Virus record (IMG/VR): IMGVR_UViG_3300031754_000001
Span: 75,584-139,583 of that record
Length of the DNA stretch: 64,000 nucleotides
Direction: 5' to 3' (one strand)
DNA from: a virus
Shown: piece by piece, positions 1 through 8,786 of the stretch
How the letters are laid out: every line of letters begins with the position of its first letter
Numbering within the stretch: the first letter of the stretch is position 1
The notes under the pieces: model-generated
What the model saw: the letters and a program-made list of their open reading frames with translations, nothing else
Databases searched by the model: none
Told to the model about the DNA's origin: nothing
Translations under genes and position numbers: made by a program

Positions 1-2
1 TG

Positions 3-155
3 TGGGGCACCGTACGGGCGCCGTACCACGTGGAGATCGTGACGGCGTGGAGCGGATGGACATTCGGCGCTGAAACGTCAACATGGGCCGGCCGGGTGAC
101 ATGGCATTCCAGCGCGTGGTTCCCGCCGTCGTTCTACCTGCACATCCTCTGGTGA
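3..155 (+). CDS. 3' end of a truncated upstream gene (hypothetical)
   Basis: Open frame from window edge WGTVRAPYHVEIV...YLHILW*, followed by a GC hairpin at about 159-200. Confidence 0.4.
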   Translation, partial: WGTVRAPYHVEIVTAWSGWTFGAETSTWAGRVTWHSSAWFPPSFYLHILW

Positions 156-319
156 GCCGCGGAGTGCGGTCTGGCCCCCCGCTTACGGGCCGCGCTCCGC
201 ATCCAGTCGCGCGGTAGGCTGGCCGGGACACTATACAGAGTCCGGACCTGCCTAGCGCGGCAATGACAATGACGGAAGCCCCGTACCTCGGCCGGGTACG
301 GGGCTTTCGCCGTGCGCGG

Positions 320-1054
320 CTAGCCGACCAGGGTGATCAGGTCGGCGGCGATTTCCTCCGGGTCGGTCACCGAGTCGAACGAGACCACCTTGACGTGGCT
401 CTTGCCGAACTTGTCCTGGGCCTGGTTCTTCCTCGCGCCCTCCTGGTAGGCCGCCACGGTGGCGTCGTGCCTCTGCCCGTGCCCGACGATCGCGACCGCG
501 AACACGCACTTGGCGGTGGCCTTCTCCAGGACTGGCTCGAACTCCATCCAGTCGTCGGCCTCGCCGTCCGTGAGCACGACGACCTCCATGACGGGCTGCT
601 CGTCGGGGTCCCGGTCGCCGAACTCCTCGTCGTAGTCGGCGAGCGCCGCCTTCCAGGCCGGCATGATGTACGTCCGGCCGCCCCAGGCGATGGAGCTGAG
701 CCGGCGCTCCAGGTTCGCGGAGTTCAGGTCGCCGATCTCCACATGGGTGTTGGCGAACCCGTGCGTCATCAGGCCGCCGCGCTCGTCGCTGCCCTCCGCC
801 TGCTCGGCCGCCGCCTCGGAGTCCTCGGTCTCCAGGGAGCGCACGAGGATGCCGAGCGCGCCGATGACGATGGCCCGGCGGCTGCCCGGGTCCGGGAAAT
901 CGTGTCCGGCGTCGCTGGCGGCCGGCCAGTCCATGGACGTGGACAGGTCAAGCAGGAGAACGGGCTCCCTCTTGCGGTTAGCCGAGACGGCCGGGCCGAT
1001 CTCGCTGCGCGGGGTGCGGGCGGGACCGCCGGTCTCGGTACGCGGTGCAGTCAT
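320..1054 (-). CDS. von Willebrand factor A (vWA) domain protein
   Basis: MIDAS motif LLLDLSTSM, T in GGRTY, and VVVLTDGE. Start placed at ATG 1054 behind a GGAAAGGA RBS. Confidence 0.8.
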   Translation of the reverse strand: MTAPRTETGGPARTPRSEIGPAVSANRKREPVLLLDLSTSMDWPAASDAGHDFPDPGSRRAIVIGALGILVRSLETEDSEAAAEQAEGSDERGGLMTHGFANTHVEIGDLNSANLERRLSSIAWGGRTYIMPAWKAALADYDEEFGDRDPDEQPVMEVVVLTDGEADDWMEFEPVLEKATAKCVFAVAIVGHGQRHDATVAAYQEGARKNQAQDKFGKSHVKVVSFDSVTDPEEIAADLITLVG

Positions 1055-1192
1055 GATTCGTATCCTTTCCCCGGAGGACCGTCCTCCGGCACGTGCCAGC
1101 GTGGCCGTCCTGATCCGCGCTGGCACGTGCCGGGCTACGGTACCGCGGTGCGAGGCCCGTGCCAGTTCCGGCCAGGCACGGGCCTCGCGTCG

Positions 1193-1498
1193 TCATCCTG
1201 GCTGGTGCCCGTGCCGCCAGGCGGGGTGCCCGGGAACATCGAGCCCGGATTCGTACGCCTGTGCTGCCTGCTTCAGGTGGCCGGTGACACCCTCGGCAGC
1301 GCTAGGGACCGCATCGTATGCGCCGCCGAGCTGGATAGCGTACAGCGCCGCCTGACGGGCAGCTGAGACCACCACGTCGTCGTGCTCCCACCGGGTGAGC
1401 ACGACATTCCGGTCATCGACGGCGATGAGGTATGTCCAGTCCGTCCCATGAGCCACGGACCACCCGCCAGGATCATCCATCCAGTTCAGGGTGGTCAT
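1193..1498 (-). CDS. hypothetical protein
   Basis: ORF translationally coupled to the upstream gene. Confidence 0.6.
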   Translation of the reverse strand: MTTLNWMDDPGGWSVAHGTDWTYLIAVDDRNVVLTRWEHDDVVVSAARQAALYAIQLGGAYDAVPSAAEGVTGHLKQAAQAYESGLDVPGHPAWRHGHQPG

Positions 1499-1848
1499 CA
1501 GTCCGTCCCCGCCCGCACCCAGATCCGGCCTTCCGTGTCCGGGATGATGACCAGGCCACCGGACGGGATTAGCTCGATGGTGATGCCGTCCGCGTCGTTA
1601 GCCGAGGGGGTGACCTCGAACTTGCCCTGAAGGATCACGGTGCTGTCCTCCGGCAGCGCGATCTCGATGTCATCGGCCGACAGCCGGACATTAGTTTTCG
1701 TTTCCGCGTGCGTGCTGGCAGCCAGATCGAGCTGATCTCGCAATCTCCTGTTCCCCTCCGTCAGGTAGCGGTTATGCCGCTCCAGGCTGGCGATGTAATC
1801 CTTGACCCAGGCCTGGGAGATCTTCGCTATCCGCTCGGGCGTGACCAT
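1498..1848 (-). CDS. hypothetical coiled-coil protein
   Basis: Heptad pattern YIASLERHNRYLTEGNRRLRDQL; operon packing. Confidence 0.6.
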   Translation of the reverse strand: MVTPERIAKISQAWVKDYIASLERHNRYLTEGNRRLRDQLDLAASTHAETKTNVRLSADDIEIALPEDSTVILQGKFEVTPSANDADGITIELIPSGGLVIIPDTEGRIWVRAGTD

Positions 1849-1851
1849 TGA

Positions 1852-3756
1852 CTACGCCCCGGCCTTCACCAGCGGATGCTGGGCGTCGGCGAACGACTGG
1901 ACCTGCTGCTGGCTATTGCCGGCGGTCACCCTGAGCACCCTGAACGTGACGGCATCACCGGCCTTCGCCAGGACGATGGCCGGCCCGGCCGCGCTAGTGC
2001 CCGTGTAGACCCTGGTGTAGTCCGGCTTCCCGCCCGCACCGCACAGGGTGAGATAGTAGACGGTGTTGCCGCCGGAGGTGTCCGGGTCCTTCTCGCACAG
2101 TTTCCCGGTGACGATCACCTCGGCGGCCCCGGCTCCGGGTGCGTTGCCGTTGGCGTTTGCCTGGCCGGCCAGCTGGGTGAACAGGTTAGCCAGCGCCTGC
2201 GCCCGGGTGCTGCCGAAGACGGCGTTGGCCGCGGTCGCGGAGTAGGCGGGCACGAACCCGACCCCGGAGAAGGTGGGGTTGTCCGCCGGCGCCTCGCCGT
2301 TCCCGCACGGGTCACCGTTATCACCTTCCTGCTGGGTACTCGCATCGGCTTGCGCGCCGTTGTTCTTGGATGATTCGTAGCTGGCCATCCAGACCAGCGT
2401 GCCGTCGATGACGTGCAGGCTCATGTGCTCCGGGACCAGGTGGTTGGACCGGACGTTGCCTGCCCCGGTGCCCTGGGCGTTGCAGAAGGCCGACGCGACC
2501 GAGGTCTCGATACCCATCGGGCCGGCCGGGCGGTAGATCTGCATGGCCCCGGTGGCGGAGTTCATCTCCACGATCCGGTAGACGGACGTCTCGGAGTTGA
2601 ACGAGGTGAGCAGCATCCGCCAGGACGGGTTCTCGTTCCCGGTGTAGGTCAGGACGGGATCGCCGGAGACCTGGAACCGGTTGGCGTTGGTGCTGCCGAT
2701 GCCCGGCCAGCCGCCCTGCGCGTACAGGCCGTACCAGTTCGCGATCTGCGCGGCCATGGCCTGGCTGTAAACCCGGTCCACCCAGGGCGCGTGCGCCGAC
2801 AGCAGGTTGCTGCCGTGGCCCGGCAGGTCGTACCGGGCGATCACCCCGGTGTGCGCGTTGATCAGCAGCACGCCGACCGGCGCCATGAAGGTCTCGCCGA
2901 GCTGCGGCCGGAGCAGGGTGACCGTGAAGTACGGGTCGCCGGTCCCGTCCTGGATTTCCAGGGTCGGGTCGTCCAGGAGATACCCGGCGTAGCCGTGGTC
3001 ACGCGCGTAGCGCAGCGGCTCGGAGCCCTGCCCGCCGGCCAGGCTGACGATCATGGAGTACTGGCCGTCATAGCGCTCTACCGGTTCCGCATTCGGGTCC
3101 TCGGCCGAGATCATGATGTACCCGGGAACGATCCCGTGCAGCCGCTGCTTGTTGCCCGCGCCGTCGAACTCCAGCTGGAAGACGTACCACATCTTCCCGT
3201 CCACCCGCTGCAGGGTGGCCGGGCCGGGGTTCGTGTAGGTGGCGAAATTGCGGGTCGCCGCGATTCCCGAGGACATCGCCTGAGATGCCCGGGTCGCCGC
3301 CTCATCCGGGGTGACGGTCACCAGGTCGGCGGTAGAGCTGGCCGGCAGGGCATCGCCCGGTTCCTGGGTGACGGACACGATGCCGGACGCGGCCTTGTGC
3401 GCGTCATGCGGGCCGTTGACCCCGGCGACCCAGCCGGACCCGGAGGCGAGCACGGCCGCGAGCATGACGAACGGCGCCACGGACAGGCCGCCGGCAGCGC
3501 CATCGGCGATGGCCGCGATGACCAGGGCGAGCACCAGGTCAGCGAAAATCAGGGGCAGCACCCCGAAAAGGGTCGCGGTCGGCAGGGCGAACCCGACGAC
3601 CGGCCAGGTGACGATGAACCCGGTGATGATCAGGTTCCCGAAGAAATTGACGGCTGCTGCGGTGCCGCCGTCGCCTTTCGACCTGGCGAGCGAGGACACA
3701 GCGGTGATGATGCCGAGGACGAGCCCGGCGATCAGCCCCGCGACGATTGCTGGCAT
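1852..3756 (-). CDS. membrane protein with a large extracytoplasmic domain
   Basis: About 4 N-terminal hydrophobic helices, then about 500 aa of soluble beta-rich sequence; AGGAGA RBS. Confidence 0.75.
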   Translation of the reverse strand: MPAIVAGLIAGLVLGIITAVSSLARSKGDGGTAAAVNFFGNLIITGFIVTWPVVGFALPTATLFGVLPLIFADLVLALVIAAIADGAAGGLSVAPFVMLAAVLASGSGWVAGVNGPHDAHKAASGIVSVTQEPGDALPASSTADLVTVTPDEAATRASQAMSSGIAATRNFATYTNPGPATLQRVDGKMWYVFQLEFDGAGNKQRLHGIVPGYIMISAEDPNAEPVERYDGQYSMIVSLAGGQGSEPLRYARDHGYAGYLLDDPTLEIQDGTGDPYFTVTLLRPQLGETFMAPVGVLLINAHTGVIARYDLPGHGSNLLSAHAPWVDRVYSQAMAAQIANWYGLYAQGGWPGIGSTNANRFQVSGDPVLTYTGNENPSWRMLLTSFNSETSVYRIVEMNSATGAMQIYRPAGPMGIETSVASAFCNAQGTGAGNVRSNHLVPEHMSLHVIDGTLVWMASYESSKNNGAQADASTQQEGDNGDPCGNGEAPADNPTFSGVGFVPAYSATAANAVFGSTRAQALANLFTQLAGQANANGNAPGAGAAEVIVTGKLCEKDPDTSGGNTVYYLTLCGAGGKPDYTRVYTGTSAAGPAIVLAKAGDAVTFRVLRVTAGNSQQQVQSFADAQHPLVKAGA

Positions 3757-3780
3757 GAGCGTGTCTCCTGTTCGTGGGTT

Positions 3781-4644
3781 CTAGAACGGCTTGCGCACGG
3801 CGATCGCGTGCGGTCCGGGCATGGACTGGACGGTGGCATCGCGGAGGACGCGGAGTACCACCTGGGGATTGCCGGAAAGGACGAACGGCTGGCCGACGCT
3901 GACGGTCCAGGTAGTCCCGTCGCTGTCGGTCACGTCCGCCTGGCCGCCGCTGACGGTGGCGGTAACGCTGCCCGTGGTGTCAGCCGCCCAGCCGGGATCT
4001 CCGGCCGGGATCGCCCAGGGCGCCGGGTAGTACAGGCCGTCCTGAAGCAGCACGAGCTGCGCCTGGCTGGTCCCGGCTGACGGGCTCGCCGCGGCCGGGA
4101 CGTTCCAGTCGGCCCGGAACTGCTGCAGGCCGGTCAGCGGTCCCTGGGCCGGCTGCTGCGCCGGGTTCACCGGAGCCCCGGCCGCGGGCGGGCTGCCCTG
4201 ACTGGAACCTGCTATCGCATGCCAGATGAGCACGCTGGCGCACAGGCTGACCGCGATGACCGCGAGCGTGATGACGACCTGCACCGCATGGCGGGCCAGC
4301 CAGGTACCGGATGACGGATCCCGGCTAACTGAACTCTTCTCTAGCTGCCACCACTCACGGCCGTCCTGGAACCCGCCGATCACCGCGTCCAGCTCGGCGC
4401 GCTGGCTGTCCGTCAGCGGCGGGTTCGCCTCCCGGTACCCGATCAGCCAGAACCGCGCCCTGGCTTCCAGGTCCGCCGTGGCTCCCGGATGCGGGCCGCG
4501 GAACTGGGCGAGCAGCTGGCTCAGGGTCCTGCTGTCACTGTCCGGCAGGGCGACGGCCAGCCCGGCCGCCGTCCCGGTCTGATCCTGCTGCCACATCTCC
4601 ACGCGGCGCAGGAAATCCAGCGCGGGGGTAGGTGATGCGCTCAC
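3781..4644 (-). CDS. single-pass membrane protein
   Basis: Central TM segment VVITLAVIAVSLCASVLIW; GTGA overlap. Confidence 0.65.
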   Translation of the reverse strand: MSASPTPALDFLRRVEMWQQDQTGTAAGLAVALPDSDSRTLSQLLAQFRGPHPGATADLEARARFWLIGYREANPPLTDSQRAELDAVIGGFQDGREWWQLEKSSVSRDPSSGTWLARHAVQVVITLAVIAVSLCASVLIWHAIAGSSQGSPPAAGAPVNPAQQPAQGPLTGLQQFRADWNVPAAASPSAGTSQAQLVLLQDGLYYPAPWAIPAGDPGWAADTTGSVTATVSGGQADVTDSDGTTWTVSVGQPFVLSGNPQVVLRVLRDATVQSMPGPHAIAVRKPF

Positions 4645-4985
4645 CGGTTCCTCCGGTCATCTAGGTACGACAGGTCCACGTCATCGAGCCCGCCGGCACT
4701 CGCGGCGATGTCGTCGTGCAGCTTGGGCACCTCAGCTTCCAGGCTGGCTATCTCGGCTAGCAGGATCCCGATCTGGCCCTGGCGGAGATCATGGCCGTCC
4801 CAGTTCGGATGCTGGGTGACGGTGCGGCGCAGCGCGGTCAGCTGTTCCTGGTCGCTGGCCAGCAGCGCTTCCTTGCGGGCGATGGCCAGGCGCAGCGACA
4901 AGATGCGCTGCAGCCGGATCTCGGTACCCGCGACCGGGTGCGGCTCGCGCGGTGGCGGCGAAACCGGTTCTCTCTTGCGGAACAT
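4641..4985 (-). CDS. hypothetical coiled-coil protein
   Basis: ORF in coupled operon. Confidence 0.6.
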   Translation of the reverse strand: MFRKREPVSPPPREPHPVAGTEIRLQRILSLRLAIARKEALLASDQEQLTALRRTVTQHPNWDGHDLRQGQIGILLAEIASLEAEVPKLHDDIAASAGGLDDVDLSYLDDRRNR

Positions 4986-4998
4986 GAACGATTTCCCC

Positions 4999-5904
4999 CT
5001 AGTGCGGCCGAGCCGGGCCGGCCAGGTTCAGCCAGGCGCCCGCACCGGCCGCGGCCATGACCAGGAACCCGATGACGAGCAGCCCGCGGACCAGCCACGG
5101 GTTACGGGACGGCAGCCCGGCCAGGGTGACGTGATCAAGCAGCCAGTGCGTGCGGAACCGGTGCGCGGGAGTGCCGATCACCTTGTCGCCGCGCAGTGCG
5201 TTCAGGCCCTGGGTGCTACGGACCTTGGCGGCCGAGCGCTCGGCGAAGAACCACTGGATGTCATCGGCGATCCGCTGGACTACCTTCGTGGCCGCAAGGC
5301 CGCCGGCGATGCCCATGGCCACCGTGATCCAGGTCCCGGCGGCCACCCACCCGTTCGCCTCAGACGCCAGCACGCCGAACCGGGCGGGCACCTCCAGGCC
5401 GTGCTGCTGCAACCAGGCGACTTTCCAGGCCAGCACGCCGATCACGGCGATGGGAATCAGCGCAACGCCGATCGCCAGCGGGACGCGAGTCAGGTACGCC
5501 TTCAGGCCCGGGTTGTCGTCAGCCGGGTATTTCGGCTTGGCGAACAACAGCCGGACGATGATGGTGGCGATCACGGCGATACCGACGTCGCGGATGTCAT
5601 GCCGCCAGGCCACCCACCAGGCCGGAGCCGCCTGGCTGGCCCAGTGGTACCCGAGCAGGTTGGAGGCATGCACCGGCAGCCGGTCCCACGGGTCTTTCAG
5701 GTACAGGACCGTCCACAGCCCCTGGCCGTAGCCGACCGCGTACCGGACCTGGAAGGCGGCGAAATAGCCGAAGCTGACCGCCCATTTGATCAGGTGCGCG
5801 ATGACCACACTCCAGAGAACGGATTCCAGGCCCAGCCAGGACAGCAGGCGGATCTTCGGGATGTCCAGCCGGGTTTCCTGCTGGGTGACAGGGATGGCGG
5901 TCAT
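4999..5904 (-). CDS. multi-pass membrane protein
   Basis: About 5 hydrophobic segments. Confidence 0.7.
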   Translation of the reverse strand: MTAIPVTQQETRLDIPKIRLLSWLGLESVLWSVVIAHLIKWAVSFGYFAAFQVRYAVGYGQGLWTVLYLKDPWDRLPVHASNLLGYHWASQAAPAWWVAWRHDIRDVGIAVIATIIVRLLFAKPKYPADDNPGLKAYLTRVPLAIGVALIPIAVIGVLAWKVAWLQQHGLEVPARFGVLASEANGWVAAGTWITVAMGIAGGLAATKVVQRIADDIQWFFAERSAAKVRSTQGLNALRGDKVIGTPAHRFRTHWLLDHVTLAGLPSRNPWLVRGLLVIGFLVMAAAGAGAWLNLAGPARPH

Positions 5905-6449
5905 GAGATGATCTCCTGTTCCGTGTTATCCGCATGCTGCTCAGCTTCGCGCAGGGCAGCGATGACAGGACCGGATACGAAGCTGACGATCGCGGACCAT
6001 TCCTGCGGGTCCATGTCCTTGATCAGCTTGTGAATGACAACTGATTCCGGCGAATCCACGGCCTTGCGGAACGCGGTGTGGAAACCCTCGCCGATCATGG
6101 ACCGGATGTCCTCTTCGGTCACCCCGTGCAAGCCGCCGATCGCATGCAGCTGCTCGCGCAGGACCAGGATCTCGCTGATCAGGGCCAGGGTGCCAGCCGG
6201 GGAGGATAGCCCGTTCTCCGCGTGACGCCGGGCGCGGGCCAGGTCCTTGTCACTCATCCCGCCCGTCAGCGGCAGCGGTCCCGGCGGGGTGTCGGGGATG
6301 CTCGCGCCCAGTTCCCACAATGCCGCGTGCGCGGCCCGGACACGCCGGCGTCCGTCGTACCCGATAGGCCCGGACGCGTTCTCGTAGACGTCCTTGATTT
6401 CGGTTATGGCGGCCAGGAACTGCTGCCGCTGGGTCGGCTTCCCGTTCAT
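5901..6449 (-). CDS. hypothetical protein
   Basis: ATGA overlaps at both ends. Confidence 0.6.
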   Translation of the reverse strand: MNGKPTQRQQFLAAITEIKDVYENASGPIGYDGRRRVRAAHAALWELGASIPDTPPGPLPLTGGMSDKDLARARRHAENGLSSPAGTLALISEILVLREQLHAIGGLHGVTEEDIRSMIGEGFHTAFRKAVDSPESVVIHKLIKDMDPQEWSAIVSFVSGPVIAALREAEQHADNTEQEIIS

Positions 6450-6913
6450 GCCGGGCTCCCGGCCGTCGCACTCGGGCTTGCATTAGCCGCCAGGGCCGCG
6501 GTGTAAGCCGCCTGGGCGCACGGCTGCCAGCCGGACTGGCGGAGCGCGGCCACGCTGCCCAGCTTCTGGTAGGCGGCGGCCAGGCACTTGCCCAGGCTGA
6601 TCTCGATCGCGTGCCGGGCGTGCGCGTCCTGGACGGCCGGGATCTTGCCCTCGGCGCAGGACCTGGCCGTGGTCACCGGGTGCGGCTGCGCCATGGCCTG
6701 CTGGGTGAAGCACGGGCTGAAGATTTTCTCAGCCTGCCGCATGTCCGCCGATGCGGTGGGGTTGGCCATGGCCGAGCTGGCCCGCGCGGCGGCGGAACTG
6801 GCGTTACCGCCGGCCTGCCCGCTGTGCGAGGAGCCGCAGGCGGTCATCACCGCCAGGATTACCGCTGCGATAACGGCCGCCGTCAGCCTCGCGAGGATCT
6901 TCGTGCTCATCAT
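6446..6913 (-). CDS. lipoprotein
   Basis: Signal peptide with lipobox-like MTAC; AGGAGA RBS. Confidence 0.7.
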   Translation of the reverse strand: MMSTKILARLTAAVIAAVILAVMTACGSSHSGQAGGNASSAAARASSAMANPTASADMRQAEKIFSPCFTQQAMAQPHPVTTARSCAEGKIPAVQDAHARHAIEISLGKCLAAAYQKLGSVAALRQSGWQPCAQAAYTAALAANASPSATAGSPA

Positions 6914-7147
6914 GATCTCCTGTCTGATTCCGTGGTCTGGGATCTTAGGTGCCGGGTACCAGTACATGCGCGGGATTACCCTGGCCCGGCCGGCCGCGTG
7001 CCGCTAAGCTGTCAGCCGCTCTTTTCCCTGTCCTCGTATTTAGCGGCGTTCTTCCTGTCCTGGTCAACGCGGGCCTGCTGGGCCGTGTCCTTCCGGATCT
7101 GCTGCCGGGCCAGTTCCTTCGCCCTGTTCTTCACGGGTTCCCTCCTC

Positions 7148-8305
7148 TCAGGGATCGCTGCACACCTGCGTAAAGTGCGGTTTCCCGGCCATGGACGGAG
7201 CCAGGTGGCAGGTCGGCTGCGGGCTCATCGCCAGCCAGGTAATCAGGCCGGTCAGCACCCCGATGGCGAAAATGAGCAGCAGGCCGGCCCAGTCCCGGAT
7301 GAACCTCATGCCAGCGGGTTCCGTGCTTCCGTCCGCCGGAGCGTGACAGACTTCGGGCTGGTGTAATCGAGAAGCCACCGGAACAACCCCTCGAACGGAT
7401 TAATGATATTGAGTGATACCCGGACGGTCTCGCCTTCCATCTGGACGCCCTCCCCGATCTCCTCGTTGAGGAAACCCCACTCGCTCTCCGCCTGCTCGCG
7501 GCAGAACTTGTAGAATTCCGCGGCCTCGCCCAGGCCGCCCTCGTACATTCCCGCGTCGATGGTGTCCTGGACGGAATCGAATTCCGCGGTCATCAGCCAC
7601 CGCTCCTCCAATAGCCTGCTCATGCCGGGTCCTCCGCGGCTTGCGCTTTCAGGTGCTGGACGGCCATCCCGGCGATGAGCCCGTCAAGCCAGACCGCGGC
7701 GAGCTGAACTTCCCGGCGCTGAGTCCCCGGATTCCGGGCCATGCGCCTTACGGCGACGAGTGCCCGCTGGCCGGCCATGTAAGCAGCAGAATCCGGGTCC
7801 AGGTACCGGGCGATCATGTCCGTGACGGGCTGCCCGGATTCCGCCTGGGCGTCCTGGCGGATCAGCACCTGGGACAGCAGCCAGAAATCCGGGTGGTCCG
7901 GCCGTCCCGGGAACTCGCTCACGACAGCGCCGCCGTCAGCCGCCCGAGCGGGCTGTCTGGCGCGATTTCCGCCGGCATGCCCAGCGCGGCCCTGGCCCAG
8001 GGCTGGTTCAGGACCTCGATCAGCGGGGCCAGGTCCTCGCGGACGCCAGCCGGGATCTCGCCGGCATCCAGGACGGGTTCGCCGGCATCCAGTGCGGGTT
8101 CGCCGTCAGCGAGCGCATCGATCGTACCGAGGGCAATCCGCGCGTGCTCGTACTTGATGACGCTGGCCGTGAACCCGTCCCTGGGCACGTCGCCGGCTTC
8201 GAGGGCCGCCTGGTGCTCAGTGATGGCTTCCTGGATCAGCTTGAGGGACCGCTTCGCCGCGGTGAGATTCCGCGTTCGCCGGGTCCTGGCGGGATTTGCC
8301 GTCAT
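7148..8305 (-). other. four small coupled hypothetical genes (7148-7309 TM, 7306-7623, 7620-7922, 7919-8305)
   Basis: Consecutive ATGA/GTGA overlaps. Confidence 0.6.
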
Positions 8306-8318
8306 GATCGTGTTTCTC

Positions 8319-8621
8319 CTATCGGGGCAGCGAAGACAGGGTTCCGGTTACTGCCGGGCACCAGTCCTCGTGCAGCTTATTTTCCGGCTGGGCACAGCCA
8401 GCGCAAATGCGGTCGCGCACCAGGCTTCCGTAGCCGGGCCGGGCCGGGATTTCCAGGGCGCCGCCGAGAATGGCCAGCCCGACCGGGACGACCGCGGCCA
8501 CGGGCTCGCCGTCATCCGTCAGCCAGGTGATCCGGTCCTGGTTCCTGGCCAGGCCGATAGCCTCGCGCAAGGCCTGCTCGTTGTCGCCGAGACCGTACAG
8601 GCTGATGTCCAGCTCATTCAT
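8319..8621 (-). CDS. Phd/YefM antitoxin-like domain protein
   Basis: ITWLTDDGEPVAAVVPV resembles the Phd/YefM (I/V)TxxGxPVAxLVP signature; C-terminal Cys/His cluster. Confidence 0.5.
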   Translation of the reverse strand: MNELDISLYGLGDNEQALREAIGLARNQDRITWLTDDGEPVAAVVPVGLAILGGALEIPARPGYGSLVRDRICAGCAQPENKLHEDWCPAVTGTLSSLPR

Positions 8622-8776
8622 GACGGCCCCTCCGTCCGGGCTGAGGGCAGCGGGAGGTCATGGCTGGGTGCGTCGTAGCACACATCGGTCTGGCCGCAGA
8701 CCTCGCAGGGACCCGCGCTCCGGGTCATGGTTTCCGGCCAGCCGTTCTTCCTCTGGCACTCCGGGCAGTAGAACAT
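8618..8776 (-). CDS. small zinc-finger protein
   Basis: MFYCPEC...CEVC; AGGAGA RBS. Confidence 0.55.
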   Translation of the reverse strand: MFYCPECQRKNGWPETMTRSAGPCEVCGQTDVCYDAPSHDLPLPSARTEGPS

Positions 8777-8786
8777 CGTGTTTCTC

